A DNA stretch of 32,000 nucleotides from a virus: positions 73,877 through 105,876 of the IMG/VR virus record IMGVR_UViG_3300037510_000657; one strand, 5' to 3'. Shown in pieces: positions 7,449 to 12,620 of this stretch. Numbering within the stretch: position 1 is the first letter of the stretch; the number at the start of each line of letters is the position of its first letter. The notes under the pieces were generated by a model. The model had not been told where the DNA came from. It ran no database searches and saw nothing but the letters and a program-made list of their open reading frames with translations. The position numbers and the translations under genes were made by a program.

Positions 7449-8032
7449 TGGGTAGCCGCATCGAGTGCTTCTGGGTCGAGCCGGCCCCGTTTGCGGAAGA
7501 GAGCTTCCGCCGGTACGTCAGCTACAACCCCGACTCGAAGTGCGCGGTCGACTACTACCACGACGCCACCGTGGTCATCGCCGAGAAGGTCCCGTGGTTG
7601 GACAAGGACAGCACCGGGAGCGGTGAGACCCCAACCACGATCCTGAAGACCGACCCCAGGTGGCCCGTCTACTGCGGCTGCGGGTACCTCTTCTCACAGG
7701 AGGACCACTGGCAGCACAACTTCCGCCAGCTGTACCAGCGCCAGGACACCGGGGAGCTCCTGCCGCTTGCCAGGATGCCCGCAGGGGCGATGTGGGACGC
7801 GGACTGGCACCGGGAGACCCTCAAGGGCCCGGACGGCAGGTGCCTCGTTGTACGCACTCCTGGAGGGGACTGGATGGTCGACGCCAAGTCCAGGAGCGGC
7901 GGTGGCTGGACGCGCACCGGGGAGGTCCCCAAGGTCACCGCCAACCCCTCCATCCTCATCGGCTCACCCAAGGAAGGGGAGCCCGACAAGTACCACGGCT
8001 GGCTGAGGGATGGCTGGCTGATCGAGTGTTGA
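7448..8032 (+). CDS. DUF6527-like protein
   Basis: ATG 7448 overlaps the preceding TGA (TGATG). CGCG, TANPSI and the C-terminal YHGWLRDGWLIEC resemble the DUF6527 pattern as I remember it. Confidence 0.55.
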   Translation: MGSRIECFWVEPAPFAEESFRRYVSYNPDSKCAVDYYHDATVVIAEKVPWLDKDSTGSGETPTTILKTDPRWPVYCGCGYLFSQEDHWQHNFRQLYQRQDTGELLPLARMPAGAMWDADWHRETLKGPDGRCLVVRTPGGDWMVDAKSRSGGGWTRTGEVPKVTANPSILIGSPKEGEPDKYHGWLRDGWLIEC

Positions 8033-8123
8033 GAGCTCGCCTGCTCGCTTTCCAGAATGCCTGCGGGGGCCGCCATGGACCTTGTCCGCGGGAGTGACCG
8101 TACGCCCGAGCAGGCGAGCTCTC
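8031..8123. repeat. 17-bp perfect inverted repeat (likely bidirectional terminator at convergence point)
   Basis: gagagctcgcctgctcg (8031-8047) and cgagcaggcgagctctc (8107-8123), starting at the stop of the plus-strand gene. Confidence 0.6.
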
Positions 8124-8137
8124 GTAGCCTACCACAG

Positions 8138-8209
8138 TTGGCCCTGCCGGTTCTGCCCCGGCATCGTTCCGGTTATGAGCCGGGCGCCCTGCTGTTGGAC
8201 CAAGGGCCA
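8138..8209 (-). tRNA. tRNA, anticodon CAT (Met/Ile2/fMet class), atypical T-loop
   Basis: By eye, in tRNA sense: acceptor TGGCCCT/AGGGCCA, D stem GTCC/GGGC, anticodon arm CCCGG-CTCATAA-CCGGA, T arm GCCGG-GGCAGAA-CCGGC (no TTC). Confidence 0.55.
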
Positions 8210-8233
8210 GTGAACAGCGAAACGAAGAAGTAG

Positions 8234-8302
8234 CGCTCCACCCAGGAGTCGAACCTGGGACGCTTAGCTTAGAAGGCAGAGCTGAGTTCCGTCTCGTGGA
8301 GC
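8234..8302 (-). tRNA. Degenerate tRNA-like (loop CTTCTAA would be Arg-TCT)
   Basis: Acceptor GCTCCAC/GTGGAGC and T arm CCAGG-TTCGACT-CCTGG are perfect. The anticodon stem pairs only 3/5 and the D arm is short (69 nt). Confidence 0.4.
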
Positions 8303-8305
8303 ATG

Positions 8306-8393
8306 TGGAGGAAGGAGGGTGAGTCGAACACCAAGCCCTCGCGGGCTCCCACCGTTTAGCAAACGGGTACGGTCCCGGACCGTATCACCTTCC
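8306..8393 (-). tRNA. tRNA-Ser (GCT), type II, CCA encoded
   Basis: Acceptor GGAAGGT/TCCTTCC, anticodon loop TTGCTAA, long variable arm GCCC-GCGA-GGGC, T loop TTCGACT, 3' TCCA. Confidence 0.8.
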
Positions 8394-8395
8394 GT

Positions 8396-8485
8396 GGAGG
8401 AAAACAGGAGAGTCGAACTCCAAGCCCCTCTCGGAGCTTCATCCGCTTTCGAAACGGCGGCCGCACCACTGCAGCGATGTCTTCC
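8396..8485 (-). tRNA. tRNA-Ser (CGA), type II, CCA encoded
   Basis: Acceptor GGAAGAC/GTTTTCC (one G-U pair), anticodon loop TTCGAAA, long variable arm, T arm GGAG-TTCGACT-CTCC. Confidence 0.8.
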
Positions 8486-8657
8486 AGCTGGCCCGCCCCT
8501 TGCGGGGTCCTCGTTGAAGGCTTCGGCCGTTGCCGAGAGGATTTGACGAACCACGAGCCTAGACGTACGCGCCCTGCACGCCGCACCCCGAGTAGCTAGC
8601 TCGAGGGTCGTGCAGGACTTCTGCCGACAGCCAGTCACGGCCTACAACGGCAGCGTT
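8486..8657 (-). other. 172-nt structured spacer in the Ser tRNA cluster (unclassified RNA or tRNA remnant)
   Basis: Contains the CCCC-GCAA-GGGG hairpin also used as the variable arm of the neighbouring Ser tRNAs, a GGC-CGAA-GCC hairpin, a 7-bp stem CTGCACG/CGTGCAG, and GGTTCGTCAAATCC. I could not fold a complete cloverleaf. Confidence 0.3.
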
Positions 8658-8744
8658 TGGAGGAAAGCATCGGAGTCGAACCGAACCCCTTGCGGGGCGC
8701 ACCGCTTTCCATGCGGGCCAGGCTCCACAGCCTGCTTACCTTCC
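8658..8744 (-). tRNA. tRNA-Ser (GGA), type II, CCA encoded
   Basis: Acceptor GGAAGGT/GCTTTCC (with G-U pairs), anticodon arm CCCGC-ATGGAAA-GCGGT, variable arm CCCC-GCAA-GGGG, T loop TTCGACT. Confidence 0.8.
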
Positions 8745-8782
8745 AGGATGCCAGCGTAGAAGCGCGCTGGCTCGCGTGAGGG

Positions 8783-8865
8783 AGGAGGGCGGAGGACTCG
8801 AACCCCAGACTTGCGTCCCCTCTGCTTTCAAGGCAGCGACGGCACCCTGGCGCGTGTCACCCTCC
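8783..8865 (-). tRNA. tRNA-Ser (TGA), type II
   Basis: Acceptor GGAGGGT/GCCCTCC, anticodon loop CTTGAAA, long variable arm, T loop TTCGAGT. Confidence 0.75.
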
Positions 8866-8866
8866 G

Positions 8867-9058
8867 TCAGAGGTCTGAGTCTTCGGGGTCGACTTCGCGA
8901 GACCAGTCCCGCTCGAGCCGCTTTCCGTTGATCCGTTCCCGAACTGCCTTCCGGTACCCGTTGTCTTCCCGGTGGCAGATCCCGACAGTGACCTTCGGCT
9001 GTCCGTGCTTACGCTTCACACACTTGCAGCTTCTCTGCTTCGGCTTCTTCCCGTACAT
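8867..9058 (-). CDS. Small basic protein inside tRNA array
   Basis: 63 aa from ATG 9058 (GGAGG 5 nt upstream): MYGKKPKQRSCKCVKRKHGQPK... Confidence 0.5.
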   Translation of the reverse strand: MYGKKPKQRSCKCVKRKHGQPKVTVGICHREDNGYRKAVRERINGKRLERDWSREVDPEDSDL

Positions 9059-9118
9059 CTTGGCCTCCACCGGCCGCTCCCCTATGGAGCGCGCTGGTGA
9101 AGTGCAGAAGCAGCCGGG

Positions 9119-9658
9119 TCACTCTTCGAGCTCCCCGTTCCAGTACTGGAAGTCGCGGCACCAGGTCTTCCAGGTCTCCGGGTCGCCCTTGCGGAAGACC
9201 AGGGTGAACCGGACATCGGGCAGCTTCTTGGGCCGCACCGGGACGGACAGGAGCTTCATCCGAGCCTGCTCGGGAGTCCTGCCGCCCTTCTTCTGGTTGC
9301 AGGGCACGCAGCAGATGACAACGTTCTCCCAGATGGTCGTGCCTCCCTGGGAGCGGGGCTTCACGTGATCGTACGTCGACTCGTGCCGGGGTACCTTGTT
9401 GCCGCAGTACTGGCAGGAGCCGTTGTCACGGGCGTAGACGTTCTCTCGAGAGAACTTGATGGCCTTCTTCTTGGACCGCATCGAGCGCAGGAAGCGCACG
9501 ACCGATGGCATCTTGCACGAGAAGGTGACCGCACGGATCTCCTTGTCCTCGTACTCCTCGACGACTTCGACCTTGCCCATGAAGAGCAAGGTCACGGCTC
9601 TTTGCCAGTGGATGCGCGCGACTGGCTCGTAGCCGGGGCTAAGAACAAGCGTGTCCAT
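9119..9658 (-). CDS. HNH endonuclease
   Basis: CQYCGNKVPRHESTYDHVKPRSQGGTTIWENVVICCVPCNQKKG is a canonical HNH/McrA-type motif. GGAGG precedes the ATG. Confidence 0.9.
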   Translation of the reverse strand: MDTLVLSPGYEPVARIHWQRAVTLLFMGKVEVVEEYEDKEIRAVTFSCKMPSVVRFLRSMRSKKKAIKFSRENVYARDNGSCQYCGNKVPRHESTYDHVKPRSQGGTTIWENVVICCVPCNQKKGGRTPEQARMKLLSVPVRPKKLPDVRFTLVFRKGDPETWKTWCRDFQYWNGELEE

Positions 9659-9775
9659 GATCCTGTCAACCTCCTTTCCTTCCTGAGTCTACATCACTTG
9701 GCGAGATCGCCGAAGATGCGCCTGATGAGTCGTCCGAGAAGACCTGCCATCCAGAACATGCTCTATCCTTCGTAG

Positions 9776-9849
9776 TACGGCCCGCCGGATTCGAACCGGC
9801 AACCTTCGGGGTTTGAGCCCGCTGCCTCTTCCAGTTGAGCTACGGCCGC
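9776..9849 (-). tRNA. tRNA with Leu anticodon CAA but short (class I) variable loop
   Basis: GCGGCCG-TA-GCTCAACTGGAAGAGGCA-GCGGG-CTCAAAC-CCCGA-AGGTT-GCCGG-TTCGAAT-CCGGC-GGGCCGT-A. 74 nt, with G1-U72. Confidence 0.7.
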
Positions 9850-9850
9850 A

Positions 9851-9927
9851 TGGTACATGGGGAGGGATTCGAACCCTCAACCTCTGGTGTCTGAAACCAG
9901 TGCCTCTTCCAGTTGGGCTACCCATGC
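9851..9927 (-). tRNA. tRNA with Leu anticodon CAG but short (class I) variable loop, CCA encoded
   Basis: GCATGGG-TA-GCCCAACTGGAAGAGGCA-CTGGT-TTCAGAC-ACCAG-AGGTT-GAGGG-TTCGAAT-CCCTC-CCCATGT-A-CCA. Confidence 0.7.
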
Positions 9928-9933
9928 ATGTTG

Positions 9934-10016
9934 TGCGAACGGGGGGACTTGCACCCCCACGACCTTTCGATCACAGGCATCTCAAACCTGCGCGTCTACT
10001 ATTCCACCACGTTCGC
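9934..10016 (-). tRNA. tRNA-Leu (GAG), type II
   Basis: Acceptor GCGAACG/CGTTCGC, anticodon arm CAGGT-TTGAGAT-GCCTG, variable arm GATC-GAAA-GGTC, T arm GGGGG-TGCAAGT-CCCCC, discriminator A. Confidence 0.75.
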
Positions 10017-10027
10017 GTGAAGTGTCG

Positions 10028-10100
10028 TACCGCGACTGGGAATCAAACCCAGCACACCTTCCTTGTGAGAGAAGGATCACCTTCAGGTGGACTTCGCGGC
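10028..10100 (-). tRNA. tRNA-Glu (CTC), reduced D arm
   Basis: Acceptor GCCGCGA/TCGCGGT, anticodon arm TCCTT-CTCTCAC-AAGGA, T arm CTGGG-TTTGATT-CCCAG. The D arm is CACC-TGAA-GGTG, with only a 4-nt loop. Confidence 0.6.
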
Positions 10101-10107
10101 GTGTTCG

Positions 10108-10177
10108 TCGCGCACTAGGGAATCGCACCCTACCCGACCGGCTTATGAGACCGACGTACTCTCTAGAGTTGTGCGCG
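10108..10177 (-). tRNA. tRNA, anticodon CAT, reduced D arm
   Basis: Acceptor CGCGCAC/GTGCGCG, anticodon arm TCGGT-CTCATAA-GCCGG, T arm TAGGG-TGCGATT-CCCTA, D arm CTC-TAGA-GAG. 70 nt. Confidence 0.65.
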
Positions 10178-10179
10178 GG

Positions 10180-10256
10180 GTGCGGGGGAGGAAGTTGCGT
10201 CCTCTGAGTGTCGAATGGGTATGAGCCATCCCGCCAATCTACCGGCATTCCCCGCA
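10180..10256 (-). tRNA. tRNA, anticodon CAT
   Basis: Acceptor TGCGGGG/CCCCGCA, D arm TGCC-GGTAGATT-GGCG, anticodon arm GATGG-CTCATAC-CCATT, T arm GAGGA-CGCAACT-TCCTC. Confidence 0.6.
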
Positions 10257-10313
10257 ATATCACTGTGGCGATACGGCTATCAGTTTCCCGATACCGACCG
10301 ACCTATCTAAGCG

Positions 10314-10481
10314 TTAAGGTTCAACGTCTTGGTCGTACGGAGCGCCTCCTCGAGGCCTCCGGTCTCCACGACGCCGCGGCTGCTTCTGCTCTTCTTGACG
10401 CTGCTCCTTGCCGTCCGGCCAGTTGGGGCCGTAGTCACGACGTCGACGAGGTCTCAGCTGTCTCTTCTTCACGTCTTCCAT
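10314..10481 (-). CDS. Possible 55-aa Arg-rich small protein
   Basis: Below the ORF-track cutoff. ATG 10481 (GAGGA 9 nt upstream): MEDVKKRQLRPRRRRDYGPNWPDGKEQRQEEQKQPRRRGDRRPRGGAPYDQDVEP, stop TAA. Confidence 0.3.
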   Translation of the reverse strand: MEDVKKRQLRPRRRRDYGPNWPDGKEQRQEEQKQPRRRGDRRPRGGAPYDQDVEP

Positions 10482-10488
10482 TCTATCG

Positions 10489-10562
10489 TGTCCTCGGCAG
10501 GAGTCGAACCTGCATGGATCCGCTTAGGAGGCGGGCGCCCGTTCCTTTCGAGCATCGAGGAC
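10489..10562 (-). tRNA. tRNA-Arg (CCT)
   Basis: Acceptor GTCCTCG/CGAGGAC, D arm GCTC-GAAAGGAAC-GGGC, anticodon loop CTCCTAA, T arm GCAGG-TTCGACT-CCTGC. Confidence 0.85.
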
Positions 10563-10563
10563 G

Positions 10564-10634
10564 TGGTACCGCCAGAGGGAGTTGAACCCACTCACCAGCC
10601 TTCGGAGGGCCGGGTCGCATCCGTACGTGGCGGC
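10564..10634 (-). tRNA. tRNA-Arg (CCG), CCA encoded, short D arm
   Basis: Acceptor GCCGCCA/TGGCGGT, anticodon arm CGGCC-CTCCGAA-GGCTG, T loop TTCAACT, 3' ACCA. Confidence 0.75.
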
Positions 10635-10642
10635 AGAAGTAG

Positions 10643-10717
10643 CGGGTCCGGAGGGATTTGAACCCCCATTGTTCCTGTTTCGTAGACAGGTGCCATATCC
10701 AGTTAGGCGACGGACCC
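10643..10717 (-). tRNA. tRNA-Arg (ACG)
   Basis: Acceptor GGGTCCG/CGGACCC, anticodon arm CCTGT-CTACGAA-ACAGG, T loop TTCAAAT. Confidence 0.85.
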
Positions 10718-10721
10718 AAGA

Positions 10722-10794
10722 TCTCAGCGACGGGGCTCGAACCCGCATCTCTCCCCTTTCAGGGCACCACCGATGATCAGTCGATGGCGTCGAG
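10722..10794 (-). other. tRNA 3' half (anticodon loop CTGAAAG, Phe-GAA-like) with non-tRNA 5' part
   Basis: The 3' part CTGAAAG-GGGAG-AGAT-GCGGG-TTCGAGC-CCCGT-CGCTGAG-A is well formed. The upstream 35 nt gives no proper D arm or 5' anticodon strand. Confidence 0.45.
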
Positions 10795-10871
10795 CATCTG
10801 TTCCTTTCGGCCAGCGCTAGCCTGGGAAACAGAGACTCGCGGAGCGCTCTACCAGTTGAGCTACACCTCGG
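10795..10871 (-). other. tRNA 5' half (CGAGGTG-TA-GCTC-AACTGGTA-GAGC-G-CTCCG) followed by ~45 nt non-tRNA hairpins
   Basis: Acceptor strand, U8A9 and D arm are perfect. No matching T arm or 3' acceptor follows before the next element. Confidence 0.45.
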
Positions 10872-10942
10872 AGCTCCTGGAGGGAGTCGAACCCTCGTTT
10901 CACCCGTACCAAGGGTGTGGCCTACCATTGACCGACAGGAGC
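10872..10942 (-). tRNA. tRNA-Thr (GGT)
   Basis: Acceptor GCTCCTG/CAGGAGC, D arm GGTC-AATGGTA-GGCC, anticodon arm CACCC-TTGGTAC-GGGTG, T arm GAGGG-TTCGACT-CCCTC. Confidence 0.85.
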
Positions 10943-10976
10943 AAGGACCGCGCTCTACCGTTGAGCTACCCGCCAG
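10943..10976 (-). other. tRNA 5' half ending in the anticodon loop
   Basis: TGGCGGG-TA-GCTC-AACGGTA-GAGC-G-CGGTC-CTT, followed immediately by G1 of tRNA-Thr. Confidence 0.55.
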
Positions 10977-10987
10977 ACTTTCGAATG

Positions 10988-11025
10988 GCCATCGGGAGGG
11001 AGTTGAACCCTCATCTCGGTCGACG
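10988..11025 (-). other. tRNA 3' half starting in the anticodon loop
   Basis: CGTC-GACCG-AGAT-GAGGG-TTCAACT-CCCTC-CCGATGG-CCA, starting right after the discriminator of tRNA-Ala. GACCG is the exact complement of CGGTC in the 5' half at 10943-10976. Confidence 0.55.
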
Positions 11026-11098
11026 TGGACAAGATGGGAATCGAACCCACCGCAGCCGCATTGCAAGTGCAGCTCGCCTCCTTGGAACATGCCTGCCC
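11026..11098 (-). tRNA. tRNA-Ala (TGC)
   Basis: Acceptor GGGCAGG/CTTGTCC with G3-U70, anticodon arm CTGCA-CTTGCAA-TGCGG, T arm GTGGG-TTCGATT-CCCAT, discriminator A. Confidence 0.8.
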
Positions 11099-11115
11099 GT
11101 GAAACCTAGTCTAAA

Positions 11116-11467
11116 TGGTGGACCCGGGGGGAGTCGAACCCCCGTCCAGAAAAACATCAGCTCAGAGCGCTACGTGCGTGTCCGTGAACCTCACGGCGGG
11201 TACTGCTTGGTGTCCCTGTTTCACGTCTCGGGACCCGACGAGGGCTCCCTCACCGAAGTGAGCGGCGCCTCCACCATCCAGCTTTCTGTTCCTAGGAGTG
11301 CTGGACACCCGACCTACTCTAGGCCGCAGCCTGGAGCGGGAGCGCAACATCGTTGTCGTTGGCGACAGCGTTCGCGTTTGTTTGTGGTCTTCTTTTTACG
11401 AGGCCTGATGACCAACCTCGGCACGCTCTCCGAACCTCAGAATCCCTGTCGAAACCTTTACGGGCCC
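11116..11467 (-). ncRNA. ssrA: tmRNA (SsrA), tag ANAVANDNDVALPLQAAA
   Basis: 5' GGGCCCGTAAAGGTTTCGACAGGGA..., GCCGAGG...GGCCTCGTAAAAAG as in bacterial tmRNAs. Tag frame runs from GCG (11375) to TAG (11319-11321). 3' end GGGGG-TTCGACT-CCCCC-CGGGTCC-A-CCA, with G3-U70 in the acceptor. Confidence 0.9.
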
Positions 11468-11474
11468 GTAAGCT

Positions 11475-12141
11475 TTACCAGACGCCTCGGACGTAGTCCT
11501 TGTAGCGCCAAGTCTTGTTGGTGATGTGGTCGTTGACCACTCCGTCCTGCGTGCGGATGGTGCGGCGCTTGTCGCCACGCATCCCGCTTCCCACCTGAGC
11601 TCGCCGGTCGGCTGCTCGGGTACCATGTACGAGGGCTTGCTTGGCCTCCCAGATCTTCGCCCTGAGAAGAGCGATGGCCGACTCCCGGTTGTGGTGCTGC
11701 GACCTTTCTCCCTCGCACCGGACCGTAAGGCCTGTGGGGATGTGCCTCATCTGCACCGCGCTGGACGTCTTGTTGCGGGCCTGTCCACCAGCTCCCGAGC
11801 CCTTGGTGGCCTGCCACTCGATGTCCGCCTCTCGTAGCACCACCTCGGTCTGAGAGGGCTCAGGGAGGACGGCTACGGTCACGGTGCTGGTCTGAACCCT
11901 TCCCCGCTTGTCGTTCGGGGGAACGCGTTGCCAGCGGTGGCCGCCCATCTCGTCCTTGAACGTCTCCTTGGCTTCCTTGCCCTCGACGTGGAACACCATC
12001 AGTCCGGGTCTGTCATCAAGGAGGTCGAGGCTAAAGACCCCTCCGCTGACAGAGTCTCGAGTACACGCCGAACTGCTCATAGACGAGCAGCTTGGCATCG
12101 TCGCCGCCTTCGGCTGCGCGAATCTCTACGATGACGCCCAT
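11475..12141 (-). CDS. Truncated class-I peptide chain release factor (RF1-like, lacks domain 1) requiring +1 programmed frameshift at CUU UAG
   Basis: ATG 12141 (GGAGG upstream) gives MGVIVEIRAAEGGDDAKLLVYEQFGVYSRLCQRRGL, then TAG at 12031-12033. The +1 frame (track ORF 11475..12098) continues SLDLLDD...HRWQRVPPNDKRGRVQTSTVTVAVLPE...GSGAGGQARNKTSSAVQMRHIPTG. The frameshift site reads GGAGG-GGU-CUU-UAG-C. Confidence 0.8.
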
Positions 12142-12154
12142 GTGGTACCTCCGG

Positions 12155-12226
12155 TGGAATCGGCGGGAGTCGAACCCGCACTTGAGCGATGCGAACGCCC
12201 CGTGCTCCCGTTAGCACTACGACCCC
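12155..12226 (-). tRNA. tRNA-Ala (CGC)
   Basis: Acceptor GGGGTCG/CGATTCC with G3-U70, D arm GTGC-TAACGGGA-GCAC, anticodon arm GGGCG-TTCGCAT-CGCTC, T arm GCGGG-TTCGACT-CCCGC. Confidence 0.85.
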
Positions 12227-12230
12227 ATGT

Positions 12231-12343
12231 TCTCGTCGGCAGGCTATGCTCCTGCGTCTCCTCGGTGGTCCAAGCGGCTTGCGCCTCCCACCTCAAGCTC
12301 GTCTACAACCGAGCGCCGGCGTCTTGATGCAGACCTCGACGAG
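12231..12343 (-). tRNA. Oversized (113-nt) tRNA-shaped element, Tyr-GTA-like loop, very long extra arm
   Basis: Perfect 7-bp acceptor CTCGTCG/CGACGAG, AG, D arm GTCT-GCATCA-AGAC, hairpin GCTCG-GTTGTAGA-CGAGC (8-nt loop), extra arm GGTGG...GGC-GCAA-GCC...CCACC, T arm GCAGG-AGCATAG-CCTGC. Confidence 0.4.
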
Positions 12344-12345
12344 AA

Positions 12346-12419
12346 TGGTACAGCTGGAAGGAGTCGCACCTTCGTTTCCGGCATGTCACGCCGGCGTCCT
12401 ACTGTTGAACCACAGCTGC
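12346..12419 (-). tRNA. tRNA-Val (GAC), CCA encoded
   Basis: Acceptor GCAGCTG/CAGCTGT, D arm GTTC-AACAGTA-GGAC, anticodon arm CCGGC-GTGACAT-GCCGG, T arm GAAGG-TGCGACT-CCTTC. Confidence 0.85.
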
Positions 12420-12423
12420 GCAG

Positions 12424-12494
12424 TGGAACCAGAGGGAGTCGAACCCTCATTACCTGTCTGCCAGACAGGCGTCCTCCCATTGGACGATGGCCCC
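12424..12494 (-). tRNA. tRNA-Ala (GGC)
   Basis: Acceptor GGGGCCA/TGGTTCC with G3-U70, D arm GTCC-AATGGGA-GGAC, anticodon arm CCTGT-CTGGCAG-ACAGG, T arm GAGGG-TTCGACT-CCCTC. Confidence 0.85.
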
Positions 12495-12498
12495 AGAC

Positions 12499-12599
12499 GA
12501 GCACCAAGTAGTGGGGACGACCCGCGGCCGATATCCGCGTCCCTATCCCACCAACCTCTTATCGGAGGGGATTCCCTCAAGGCTACAGACTTGGTGCTC
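12499..12599 (-). ncRNA. ~100-nt structured element closed by a 7-bp acceptor-like stem (not a canonical tRNA)
   Basis: GAGCACC...GGTGCTC closing stem. Internal hairpins GAGGG-AATC-CCCTC and GGGACGCGG-ATATCGG-CCGCGGGTCGTCCC. No TTC-type T loop. Confidence 0.3.
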
Positions 12600-12620
12600 T
12601 GACAACTTATCCCGCAAAAG

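Noticed and set aside
9690-9755. 21-aa ORF (MFWMAGLLGRLIRRIFGDLAK) with GAAGGA upstream, lying between the HNH gene and the tRNA array.
   Set aside because: It is too short to support from sequence alone. I note it only as a possible micro-peptide.
12031-12033. The in-frame TAG in the RF gene being read through by the CUA-anticodon tRNA, rather than bypassed by frameshifting.
   Set aside because: The zero frame hits TGA four codons after the TAG. Only the +1 frame continues the release-factor homology. The SD-like GGAGG, 3-nt spacer and CUU context is the prfB frameshift signature.
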